Origin: Anaeramoeba ignava BMAN
Taxonomy: Eukaryota; Protista; Anaeramoebae
Assembly: GCA_028826165.1 (NCBI GenBank)
Contig: JAPDFW010000082.1
Location: 248,001 to 312,000, forward strand
Length of the DNA stretch: 64,000 nt
Direction: 5' to 3'
In this document: positions 48,718 through 61,537 of the stretch, one piece after another
Numbering within the stretch: the first letter of the stretch is position 1
Layout: each line of letters opens with the position of its first letter
The notes under the pieces: model-generated
Seen by the model: the letters and a program-made list of their open reading frames with translations, nothing else
What the model was told of the DNA's origin: nothing
The model's database searches: none
Position numbers and translations under genes: made by a program

Positions 48718-48799
48718 TTTTATTTATTTTTTCAAAAAAAAAAGAAAAACAAAGAAAAAAATGGTTTACGAAAAAAAATAAAATTCTTTTCTTTCATTA

Positions 48800-49840
48800 T
48801 TTTGAATATATTAAATATTTTGAATATTTTGGATATATTAATTATTTTGAATATATTAAATATTTTGGATATATTAAATATTTTGGATATATTAAATATT
48901 TTGAATATTTTGGATATATTAAATATTTTGAATATATTGAATATTTTGAATATATTGAATATTTTGGATATATTAAATATTTTGGATATTTTGGATATAT
49001 TAAATATTTTGAATATTTTGAATATTTTGAATATTTTGGATATTTTGGATATATTGAATATTTTGGATATTTAATTATTTTTGAATATATTGAATATATT
49101 AAATATATTCAATATTTTAAATATTTTGGATATATTAAATATATTGAAATTATTTTAAATATTTTGGATATTTTTGATATTAATTTTGGATATTTTAAAT
49201 ATTTTAAATATTTTCATTATTTTGAATATTTTGAATATTTTGAATATTTTGAATATTTTGGATATATTGAATATTTTGAATATATTGAATATTTTGAATA
49301 TTTGGATATTTTAAATATATTAATTATTTTAAATATTTTGAATATTTTGGATATTTTGAATATTTTGAATATATTGAATATTTTGAATATTTTGGATATA
49401 TTAAATATTTGGATATTTTGAATATTTTGAATATTTTGGATATATTAAATATTTTTGAATATTTTGAATATATTAAATATTTTGAATATTTTGGAATATT
49501 TTGGATATTTTAAATATATTAAATATATTAAATATATTGAATATTTTGGATATATTAAATATTTTGGATATTTTTGAATATATTAAATATTTTGGATATA
49601 TTAAATATTTTGAATATATTAAATATTTTGAATATATTGAATATTTTGAATATATTAAATATTTTGAATATTTTAAATATTTTGAATATTTTAAATATAT
49701 TAAATATTTTGAATATTTTAAATATTTTGGATATTTTAAATATTTTGGATATATTAAATATTTTCAATTATTCTAATTATTTTCATTGTTTTCATTATTT
49801 TCAATATTTTCATTATTTTCATTATTTTGATTAGTTTGAA
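48800..49840. repeat. Intergenic 9-bp variant satellite (ATATTTTGA / ATATTTTGG / ATATATTAA)
   Basis: Tandem 9-mers giving the spurious YFE/ILN ORFs. Confidence 0.9.
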
Positions 49841-49844
49841 TATA

Positions 49845-50548
49845 TTAAATATTTTCATTATTTTCATTGTTTTCATTATTTTCATTGTTTTCATTATTTT
49901 CAATATTTTCATTATTTTCATTATTTTGATTAATATTTTTCTTTAACCAAATTATTCCACTTTCTTTGTTTACACCTTTTGATTGAAAAGATGAACAAAA
50001 AATTTTAAGTTGTTCAGAGTTATATTGTTTTGCAAGTAAACCCAAAGAAGAAACTGGTTCACTATCAACATAACCAAGATGACGATAAAAACCTTCTTGA
50101 TCTTTTGTGGATAAATAAAGAGTTTCTGCGCCTCTCTTTGCTGCATAATTTTCAGTGCCTTCCATAATCATTCTCCCATATCCTTTCCCTCTTTTCCCTT
50201 TATCAACAACAACTGACTCAATAAGAATCTTATTAAATCCAATAGTATCAACACTACAAACAAGAGATAATCGACTATGTGCAATTACAATAGGTTCTTC
50301 ATTTTGATTTTCATTCAAATTTTCTTTTTCTTCAATTAATAATAAACTTAATGGGAAATCATCAAAAGATTTTTCTAAATTTGTTTTACGTGCAAAATCA
50401 CTATATTTTTTTATTAATTCAGTTATTTCTTCTTCTGTTTTTTTTGTTTTTTTTACCTTCTTTTCCATTCAGAATTTAATAATTTTACAGTTTGAGGAAT
50501 TAAATCAAATTTTTTATATTTATGAATTTCAACAATTTTCAAATTCAT
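49845..50548 (-). CDS. NAA80: GNAT acetyltransferase, NAA80/NAT6-like (exons 50548-50457, 50400-49845)
   Basis: Spliced N-terminus LLNSEWKRSDFARKTNLEKSFDDFPLSLLL matches the NAA80 pattern; VIAHSRL, IESVVV, RGKGYG, LYLSTKDQEGFYRHLGY. Confidence 0.8.
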
Positions 50549-50739
50549 TTCAAAATAAGAAATCGGAAAAAAAAAAATAAAAAAATGAAAAAAACAAAAT
50601 CAATCAAAATTCCAAAAAAAAAATTTCTTTATTTGATTCTTTTTAGTTTAATTGAAAAAAAATCAAAAAAAATTAAAAAAGAATTTTTGATTATTTTAAA
50701 AATTTTTTTTGAAGATTCTTTTAATTTTAAGAATTTAAT

Positions 50740-51972
50740 TTATTGGTTCTTAATAGGTAATGTGGAAACAAATCCCACAATGAAAATAGATGAAGCAGAA
50801 GAAGCAATTAAATTTGAAGCAGGTTCAAATGATCCAAAAATGTAAAAGATGAAAATTAAAGCAACGAAGATATAAAATATTAAGTTATAGAAAATTGAAA
50901 ATGAGATTGCTTCTTTCTTAATAAGATTTAAAATATCTTTTTTAGCTTGACTTGGTCCATCTGTGTTTTCTTTTTTGTTTTTGTTTCTAATTTGTTGTTC
51001 TTTATTTGTAAACATTCTAAAGAATTAAAATTCATTTATAAAATTAAAATTAAAATTAAAATTAAAATTAAAATTCATTTATAAAATTAAAATTAAAATT
51101 AAAATGAAAATTAAAATTAAAATTCATTTATAAAATTAAAACTAAAATTCAAATTAAAAATTAAAATTAAAATTAAAATTAAAATTAAAATTAAAATCAA
51201 AATTAAAATTAAAATTAAAATTAAAATTAAAATTAAAATTAAAATTAAAATTAAAATTAAAATTAAAATTAAAATTAAAATTAAAATTAAAATTAATATT
51301 AAAATTAAAATTAAAATTAAAATCAAAATTAAAATTAAAATTCATTTATAAAATTAAAATTAAAATTAAAATTAAAATTAAAATTAAAATTAAAATTAAA
51401 ATTAAAATTCATTTAAAATTAAAATTAAAATTAAAATTAAAATTAAAATTAAAATTAAAATTAAAATTAAAATTGAAATTAAAATTAAAATTAAAATTAA
51501 AATTAAAATTCATTTATAAAATCAAATTTAAAATTAAAATTAAAATTAAAATTAAAATTAAAATTAAAATTGAAATTAAAATTAAAATTAAAATTAAAAT
51601 TAAAATTATTTACTTGAAACGTAAAGAAAATGTTGTGTTATGAAGAGGTAAAACTAATAAAAGCCCAGAAAAAATTGAATTAAAGATAAAAAGAAGCCAC
51701 CATTCAAGAAACTTTAATTGGAATATTGTAATGAAAATATCTTAAAAATTAAAATTACAAAAGAAATGAAAAATTTATTAATTTTAAATTTTAAATTGAT
51801 TTAAAACAATTATTATACAATTTATTAAATGTGACGCTATAAATCCTGTTGCAAAATAAAGTGTTTGTTGTTTTTTTGTTGATTTAACTCCTGTATCTTC
51901 TAATTTTTGTGCAATTATTTTATCAAATTCTGCTAAATCTTTGTCTAATTGTGAATTTTTTGTTTTAGACAT
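50740..51972 (-). CDS. SSR3: Translocon-associated protein gamma subunit (3 exons)
   Basis: Four transmembrane segments; EAISFSIFYN...F.P..N.I.S fits TRAP-gamma; introns 51818..51741 and ~51613..51017. Confidence 0.75.
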
Positions 51973-52541
51973 TTTAATTTAGAAAAAAAAAAAGAAATTA
52001 AAGAAAGAAAAAAAATGAAAAAAAAAAATAAAAAAAATTTTTTTTGTTTAAATAGAAAAAACTGACTAATAATTATTATTTTTTAAGTAATAATTTTATT
52101 TATTTTTGTTTTATTCAGAAATGATAAAAATTAAATGTTTTTCTTCTTTTTTATGTTGATGTTTTTATTCAGAAATGATAAGAATTAAATGTTTTCTTCT
52201 TATTTTTGTTTTCCTTTTTGTTTTTGTTTTTGTTTTTTTAAAAGAAAGAAAAAAGGAGAAAAAAAGAGAGAAAAAAATTTTTTTTCTTTTTGGGTCAAAA
52301 TAAAATTAAAAAATTAAAAAATTGAAAAGGAAATTTAATATTAAAATTAAAATGAGTATTATTTTTAGTTAATTTTAGTTAATTTTATTTAATTTTATTT
52401 ATTAAATTTTTGGATTAGAATAAGTTGAGTCATTTTTTTTTTAATAAATTTTTTTTTTTCACTTTTTCACTTTTTCATTTCTTTTAAATTTAGAACTTAA
52501 AAAGAAAAATAAAGAAAAATAAAGAAAAACAAAGAAAAACA

Positions 52542-55500
52542 ATGGAATTTATAACAGAATTAACAAAAGAATGTGAAAACGCAAAATATCTTATAAATGA
52601 TTTTATCCAAAAAATTTTAACACTTGATATTTCAATTCCATTTGAATCAGATGTTGAATATTTAGAAGTAAAAAAAACAAAAACAAAAACAAATAAAAAC
52701 AAAAATAAATGGAAAAACGTATTTAATTAAATTTGTTTTTTTTTTGGATTTGAATTTAGCTTATGGAAGCTCATTATATGATGTCTAGTCTTACTTTAGA
52801 TGGAAATAATAATATTAGTGATGTTCTTGGTGTCCCACAACCAAAAGATAAACCTTTAAGTAATTTTCGTTTTTTTTTTCTTTTAATTTTTCTTTTTCTT
52901 AATTAAATTTTTTTTTTTTTGCTTTTCTTCTTTCTTTTTTTTAGATTTTGAGGAAACTCAAAAAATGGTTATTTCTATTCAAAAAGTTAAAACTAAAATT
53001 GAAGAAATCAAAGAAGCTAAACTTAAAACTATGGCTGTAATTATATTTTTATTTTATTTTTCTTATTCTTTCTTTTATTCTTTATTTTATTCTTTCTCTC
53101 CTTTTTTTTTTAATAGAGAAAACCAAGAATTATTAGATGGGCACAAAAATTAAAAACCACAGAGAAAGAATCATTAGCTCTTCATTATATTTTATTACTA
53201 CATGTTGGAAGCAAAGTAATCCCTTTCCAATCAAATTAAATCAAATCAAATCAAATCAAATCAAAATTTAAATCAATATTTAAATCAAAATTTAAATCAA
53301 TATTTAAATTAATATTAAAATCAATATTTAAATCAATATTTAAATCAATATTTAAATCAATATTTAAATTAATATTTAAATCAATATTTAAATTAATATT
53401 TAAATCAATATTTAAATCAATATTTAAATCAATATTTAAATCAATATTTAAATCAATATTTAAATCAATATTTAAATCAATATATTTAAATCAATATATT
53501 TAAATCAATATATTTAAATCAATATTTAAATCAATATTTAAATCAATATTTAAATCAAATATTTAAATCAATATTTAAATTAATATTTAAATTAATATTT
53601 AAATTAATATTTAAATAAATTTTTAAATTAATATTTAAATCAATATTTAAATTAATATTCAAATTAATATTTAAATTAATATTTAAATCAATATTTAAAT
53701 CAATATTTAAATCAATATTTAAATCAATATTTAAATCAATATTTAAATCAATATTTAAATCAATATTTAAATCAATATTTAAATCAATATTTAAATCAAA
53801 TATTTAAATCAAATATTTAAATCAATATTTAAATCAATATTTAAATCAATATTTAAATCAATATTTAAATCAATATTTAAATCAATATTTAAATCAATAT
53901 TTAAATCAATATTTAAATCAATATTTAAATTAATATTTAAATTAATATTTAAATTAATATTTAAATTAATATTTAAATCAATATTTAAATCAATATTTAA
54001 ATCAATATTTAAATCAATATTTAAATCAATATTTAAATTAATATTTAAATCAATATTTAAATTAATATTTAAATTAATATTTAAATCAATTATTTAAATC
54101 AATATTTAAATCAATATCAAAATTAATATTTAAATCAATATTTAAATCAATATATTTAAATTAATATTTAAATTAATATTTAAATTAAATCAAAATTAAA
54201 ATATTTAAATAAAATCAAAATCAAATCATAAATTTAGATTCGTGGATTGAAAATTAGAGAATCACAAGATCCAGTTAGTTTAGCACTTCATGCCAAAATG
54301 ACTATTACAGAATTACTTGAATTCGTTAAACCACAAAGACTTTATATCAAACAAGGAATCTTTGAATATTTTGATACAACACATGCTCTTCAAAACAACA
54401 TGTCACTCAAACAAGAAATCATTCTTGCATTAGTTGGACAAGATTTAACAGGAGAACAATCACTTAAAATTGATAATACAGCACTTTCAGAAGTTCTTGA
54501 TGAAGAAAAAGATCCAGAAGAACTTAAAAAGAAAAAAGAATTGGAAAAGAAAATTCGTGAAGAAGAAAAACTCAAGAAAGAACAAGAAATGAATAAAAAT
54601 GTTCCTGATTTTGAAGACGAATCAGATCTTTACAACTTCATTTCGCAACAAGTAATCGCAGAAAAAACAAAACCAGATGAAATCGAGGATGAATTGGAAC
54701 AACAGTTAAAAATTGAAATGGAAAATCAATTAGAAAACCAATTAGAAAATGAATTAGAAAATGAATTAGAAAATGAATTAGAAAATCAATTAGAAAATCA
54801 ATTAGAAAATCAATTAGAAAAAGAAGATGATTTAGATAAAGATAAAGAAGATAAAGATAAGGATGAAGATGAAGACCAAATGAAACCTTATAAAACAGAC
54901 TTGGAATATCTTGAAGACCATTTTTCACGGTTTACAATGTTGATTAGAGTCTCCAATGAAAAACAAAACGAGGCTCAATCAAGATACTATGGTGGATCAT
55001 CCCAATCAGAAGCTGTGATTCGGGAGTACTCAGCAAAGGAAAGAGTCGCCCGAATGAAATGTGAGAAAAGATTGGAACTCACAAAAGAAGCAGGAGATTG
55101 GCTTCCAAGAATGGAGAGATTAGCTGAGGCAAGAAAGTTGAATGAGTTTGAAAAATATGTTGTTTTGTTTTTAATTGGATCTAACATTTCCCAAGACATG
55201 CAGAACGCAGGAGCTGCACGGGGATCAAATGTGGAATCAATTCTGAGGATATTTTGCGAAAACCTTCAAGATCAAATTTCCAAAAGAAAGTATTTCTACA
55301 AAAGCGGAGCATTGATTCGTGATGGAATCATTCGGGCATCAGGATCAGGATTGGATAACAATCTCAACGATCTGTACTTGATGGTGGATCGAAGAATGCT
55401 TGACTTTGTTATGGGATTAGACACTGAGATGAGTGAGTTGATTGAGGGATCCCATTTATACACAAGTAAAGTCAAACTTGAATCGGTTATTCTTCCTGAA

Positions 55501-57039
55501 GAGCAAAAAAAACTAATAACAGAAACAATGAAGAACTACGAAAGTTTCACGAAATGCAGAAAAAAGCTTGGATTGGATGAAGTTATCAGCTATGGAGGCG
55601 GAATTGTAATGCTTTTCTATGGCGCTTCAGGAACAGGAAAGACAATGATGGCAAACGCACTTGGAAATGAATTGGGTCGCAAAATCATGCTTGTCAACTT
55701 TCCTTCTTTGGGTCAAATGAGCGCAGGAGAGAACATGAAGTACATCTTCCGAGAAGCAAAAATTCACCAGGCTATCTTGTTCTTTGATGAATGTGAAGCC
55801 TTGTTTGAATCAAGAGAACACGGGAAATATGATGTCAATTTATTATTAACGGAAATTGAAAGATTTGACGGAATTATCATTTTGGCAACAAATCGATCCT
55901 TTGATTTGGATGAAGGAATGCATCGAAGAATAACGGTCGCTGTTGAGTTTGCCAAGCCAGATCCACTTTTAAGAGAACGAATTTGGATGACTCATTTACC
56001 TCAAACACTGAAATCATCAGAAGATGTTGATATCAAAGCTCTTGCAATGAAATACGAATTGACTGGAGGATTTATTAAGAACGCGGTTCTTTCCGCTTTG
56101 AGTGTTGCTGTTTCAAGAGATGGACCTGATAATGTTGTTCTGACTCAATCGGATCTTGAACAAGGAGCAAAATTGCAATTGAGAGGAAGATTGAGAATGA
56201 CTGAATTCCACCGCAGAGTGGTTCCACAACGAGGACTTGATAATCTTGTTCTTCCGAAGGAAACCGTCGAGACACTCATCGAAATCATCAATTCCGAAAA
56301 GGCAAGACAGGTTTTATACAATTGGGGATTCGACAAGAAAATTGGATTTGAAAGAGGAACAACTGTCCTCTTTACTGGACCACCAGGCACAGGAAAAACA
56401 CTTGCTGCTGAAGCTATTGGTTTCGAGATTGGAAAACCCTTGAAGGTTATCAACGCGGCTGAGGTTCTTTCGAAATGGGTTGGAGATACACCAAAGAATA
56501 TCGATTCTTTATTTGAAGAAGCCACTATGCATGATTCATTGCTTGTTTTCGATGAAGCTGAAGGTCTTTTTGGAAGGAGACACGAGACTCAAGATACCTC
56601 CACTGATAGATACGCAAATATTGATGTTGGACTCTTACTTTATCACATGGAGAAATTCAACGGTGTTGTCATCTTATGCACTAACGTTATTGGCGCTATT
56701 GATCCAGCTTTTTTCAGAAGAATGAAATACATTGTCGAGTTCAAAATCCCAGAAATCCAACTTCGTGAGGCTCTTTGGAAGAAATTGATTCCTGATTCTG
56801 CTCCTAAAGCTGATGATATTGATTTCTCAAAATTGGCAAAACTTTATGAATTTGCCGGTGGAAATATTAAAAATTCCGTTTTTAGAGCTGCTTCTCGTGC
56901 TGCTTTAAGACCTCAAGATAAACGTTTAATTACAATGGATGATTTGATTAATGCTGCTAATGAAGAGAATATTAAAGTTAAAAGAAGTCGTGGTGAACTT
57001 TTGGATAATGAAAAGGAAAAGAATTCAATTTATGTTTAA
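52542..57039 (+). CDS. Tandem AAA+ ATPase with duplicated N-terminal helical module, similar to the bacterial Afp15/Pvc15 type (5 exons)
   Basis: Two Walker A/B sets (GASGTGKT/FFDE and GPPGTGKT/VFDE), SKWVGDTPKNI and DRYANIDV; four upstream exons join in frame to the 54238..57039 exon. Confidence 0.8.
53230..54230 (+). repeat. Intronic 12-bp satellite (AATATTTAAATC)n
   Basis: Fills AAA intron 4. Confidence 0.92.
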
Positions 57040-57297
57040 GCTTTTATTCTTTTCTTTTCTTTTTAATTTTCATCAATTTCTTCCGTTTTTTTTACTTCTT
57101 TTTTTACTTCTTTTTTTACTTTTCATTGAAAAAGAAAATAATAATTTAAAAAATGAAAAACGGAAAAAAATTCTTTTTCTTTTTCTTTTCTTTTCTTTTC
57201 TTTTCTTTTCTTTTGATCCACTTTTTTTTTTTAATTTGAAAAAAAAATTTTTCTTGATTTGTTTTTTTTCATTTTTCTTCTTTTTAATTTTTCTAAA

Positions 57298-60200
57298 ATG
57301 TTCTTATTAAATTTTATTTGTTTTCTTTTTCTTTTATTTCTTGGTTTTTCAATGAAATTAGATTCAGATTTTACATCAGATAAAAACTGGGATTTTTATA
57401 CAAAATTTTGTTTTGACCAAAGTTCAAGCAGTTTGTTTTATTCTTATTATTTAAAAAGATAAAAATTTTCGAAAATGATTTTTTTTTTTTTGCTTTTTTT
57501 TTTATTTAATTTAATTTAATTTAATAAGATTATGGTAATTTTACCTGGGATATTACAACAGATTCAGTTTTTTATCAATTTGATTTTTATGATGATAGTT
57601 CAAATTCTTGGGAGGATGTTAGTTTAAAATTCAATTAAAATCAAAATCAAAATCAAAATCAAAATCAAAATCAAAATCAAAATTAAAATCAAAATCAAAA
57701 TCAAAATAAAATTTAAATCAAAATCAAAATCAAAATTAAAATCAAAATCTAAATCAAAATCACAATTCAAAATTAAAATCAAAATCAAAATCAAAATCAA
57801 AATTCAAAATCAAAATCAAAATTAAAATCAAAATTAAATTCAAAATCAAAATCAAATTCAAATTCAAAATCAAATTCAAAATGAAAATTTAAATCAAAAT
57901 TAAAATCAAAATCAAAATCAAAATTAAAATCAAAATCAAAATCAAAATCAAAATTAAAATCAAAATCAAAATCAAAATTAAATTCAAAATCAAAATTAAA
58001 TTCAAAATCAAAATCAAAATCTAAATCAAAATCTAAATCAAAATCAAATTCAAAATCAAAATCAAAATTAAAATCAAAATCGAAATTAAATTCAAAATCA
58101 AAATCGAAATAAAATTTAAATCAAAATCAAAATCAAAATTAAAATCAAAATCTAAATCAAAATCACAATTCAAAATTAAAATCTAAATCAAAATCAAAAT
58201 CAAAATCAAAATCAAAATCAAAATCAAAATCAAAATCAAAATCAAAATTAAAATCAAAATCAAAATCAAAATCAAAATCAAAATCAAAATCAAAATCAAA
58301 ATCAAAATCAAAATCAAAATCAAAATTAAAATCAAAATCAAAATCAAAATCAAAATCAAAATCAAAATCAAAATCAAAATCAAAATCAAAATCAAAATCA
58401 AAATCAAAATCAAAATCAAAATCAAAATCAAAATCAAAATCAAAATCAAAATCAAAATCAAAATCAAAATTCAAAATCAAAATCAAAATCAAAATCAAAA
58501 TCAAAAATCAAAATTAAAATCAAAATCAAAATCAAAATCAAATTCAAAATCAAAATCAAAATCAAAAAATTCAAAAAAAAATCAAAATCAAAATAAATCA
58601 AAATCAAAATCAAAAATCAAAATCAAAATCAAAATCAAAATTCAAAAATCAAATTTAAAAATCAAAATCAAAATCAAAATCAAAAAATTAAAATTAAAAT
58701 CAAAATCAAAATCAAAATCAAAATCAAAATCAAAAAATCAAAATTCCAAATTAAAAATCAAAAATAAAAATTCAAAATCAAAATCAAAACCAAAATCAAA
58801 ATCAAAATCAAAATTCAAATCAAAATCAAAATCAAAATTTAAAATCAAAATCAAAATTTAAAATCAAAATCAAAATCAAAATCAAAATCAAAATCAAATT
58901 CAAAATCAAATCAAAATCAAAATTTAAAAATCAAAACCAAAAATCAAATCAAAATCAAATTCAAAATCAAAATCAAAATTAAAATCAAATTCAAAATCAA
59001 AATCAAAATCAAAATCAAATTCAAAATTCAAAATCAAATTCAAAATCAAATTCAAAATCAAATTGAAATCAAAATCAAAATCAAAATCAAAATCAATATT
59101 AAAATTAAAATCAAATTCAAAATCAAAATCAAAATCAAAATCAAAATCAAAATCAAATCAAAATCAAAATCAAAATCAAAATCAATATTAAAATTAAAAT
59201 CAAATTCAAAATCAAAATCAAAATTAAAATCAAAATCAAAATCAAATTCAAAATCAAAATTTAAATCAAATTCAAATTCAAAATCAAAATCAAATTCAAA
59301 ATCAAATTCAAAATCAAATTCAAAATCAAATTCAAAATCAAATTCAAAATCAAATTCAAAATCAAATTCAAATTCAAATTCAAAATCAAAATTAAAATCA
59401 AAATCAAATTCAAATCAAAATCTAAAAGGTTTATCATTCAAGTGATTCTTGCTCAACAAAATCCTCAAAAGCTATAGATATTTCACAAATTGAATCAAAA
59501 GTTCCTGGTTTTGATGAATTTTTAGATATTTCAAGACCAAGATTTTGGTATTTTGCAGTTTCTAATTGTCCAAATAATCGAATTAGTTTAACTCATGTTG
59601 ATGTTCATATTTGGAACAGTGGTGCTTCAAAATTAAACAAAGAATTTTCTTGTAATGAACAAGGTATCAAAATTCAAAATCAAAATCAAAATCAAATTTA
59701 AATCAAAATCAAAATTTTAATCAAAATTTAAAATTTAAATCAAAATCGAAATCAAAATCAAAATCAAAATCAAAATTAAAATCAAAATCAAAATCAAAAT
59801 CAAAATCAAAATCAAAATTTAAATCAAAATCAAAATCAAAATCAAAATTTTAATCAAAATCAAAATCAAAATTTAAAATTTAAATTTAAATCAAAATCTA
59901 ATTCAATATCAAAATTAAAATTAAGGATTGGTTGTTATGTTTTTGATTTTTATGATAATTTTCATCATTATGCTTTCCATTTATACTTTTGAATCATGGA
60001 AACTTTTTAAAGAAGGGAATTTCCATGCTGTATTTTTTAACATAAATTCAAAACCAAAAAATTCAATTCCAAAAATCTAATTTAAAAAAAATTTTCCGAT
60101 TTTTTGATATTTTAAGTTGGCTCGTATTTCTTTTTTAGCTCTTGTTTTTGAAACAGTTGGATTAATCTGCGTTTTCGCTCATTTTGCTGCTTATGCAAAT

Positions 60201-61303
60201 GATGGAAAAGGATCATTTGGTCTTAGAGTAAAAAAAAATTCCCAAATTTTTTATTATTATAAAAACAATTCAACATTGAAATTTATATCAAAAAAATTTT
60301 TTTCTTTTATTTAACGGGGAACTAAATAATCTATTCTTTTAAAATTGAAAATATTTTGGATTAATAAAATAATTAAAGGTGTTTGGAGAACGTAAGTTTT
60401 AAATATTTAATATTTAATATTTAATATTTAGTATTTAATATTTATTATTTAATATTTATTATTTAATATTTTATATTTATTATTTATTATTTAATATTGA
60501 ATATTTTATATTTATTATTTAATATTTATTATTTAATATTTTATATTTATTATTTAATATTTAATATTTAATATTTAATATTTACTATTTTATATTGAAT
60601 ATTTATTATTTTATATTTAATATTTTATATTTTATATTTTATATTTAAAATTTAGTTCTTGAGGTTATCGCATCTATTATTTTAATGCTATTTGTAATTT
60701 TAGTTGCAAAAGGTTGGACAATTTCACGTAGTTATATATCTTACAAAAAAGTATTATTTGGTGTTATATTGGTACTTTTAGTACTTTACATAATAATGCA
60801 TATTGTTGGATATTTAACAATGGATAGAGCAACAACAACTTATATTTGGGAAACTACTCCTGGAATTATGATTCTTGTTATTCGCATTTTGATTTTAATT
60901 TGGTTCATTTTTGAGATTTCAAATACTTTTAAAATTGAAAAAGATTTTGATAAGAAAAAATTTTATAAAGTATTTGGATTCATTTTTGGTATTTGGTTCA
61001 TTTCTCTTCCAATTATTGTTTCTATTAGTTCTACTGTATCTAATACTTATCGAGAAAAAGTAAATTATTTTTTTAAAAAAAAAAAAAAAGTGGAACAAAA
61101 TTTTTATTATTTAAATTTTTATTATTTAAAAGACTGCAACTGCTTTATTTTTGATTTTTGAAATGTTTTCTTACTTTATTGTTATTTACTTATTATGGCC
61201 TGCAAAAACTTATCATTTTTTCAATATTCAAGCAAAAACAACAGAAGAAAGAATGAAATTATCAAAAACTGAAACAGCAGAAAGAGCTTTTGATGAATTA
61301 TAA
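57298..61303 (+). CDS. GPR180/TMEM145-like multi-pass membrane protein, 8 exons including a 13-nt microexon (60379-60391)
   Basis: WDFYTKFCF, RPRFWYFAVSNC, EFSCNEQG, HFAAYANDGKG, LVAKGWTI, WETTPG, WFISLP, YREK. Confidence 0.85.
57620..59425 (+). repeat. Intronic (AAAATC)n array of about 1.8 kb
   Basis: Fills GPR180-like intron 2 (57618..59428). Confidence 0.95.
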
Positions 61304-61537
61304 AAATAAATTAAAATAATAATAAAAAAGGAGAATTATTTCTTTTTTTTAAATTTTTTTTTTCTCCTTTTTATTTTATTTTAATTTGCCCACAAAAACA
61401 AAAAAAAATTTTAATTAAAAAAAAAATAAAAAATAAAAAAAAATTTAATTTAAAAAAAATTTTTTTTTTTTCATTTTTTTAGTTTCTTTTTTTTTTAAAA
61501 ACAAAAAAAAAATTATAAAAAGAATCAAACATATAAA

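Noticed and set aside
51614-51818. Suspected frameshift or microexon in TRAP-gamma exon 2
   Set aside because: Re-reading gives a continuous frame (YIFITIFQLKFLEWWLLF) with canonical GT-AG sites
52108-52200. Short ~35-bp direct duplication (TTATTCAGAAATGATAA...TTAAATGTTTTCTTC) in a divergent promoter
   Set aside because: Two copies only, with no evidence of function beyond local duplication
32233-57039. Inteins in the hydrogenase, LSG1 or AAA ATPase
   Set aside because: No Hint-domain motifs (N-terminal C/S, C-terminal HN) or unexplained folded insertions were seen; the insertions are low-complexity
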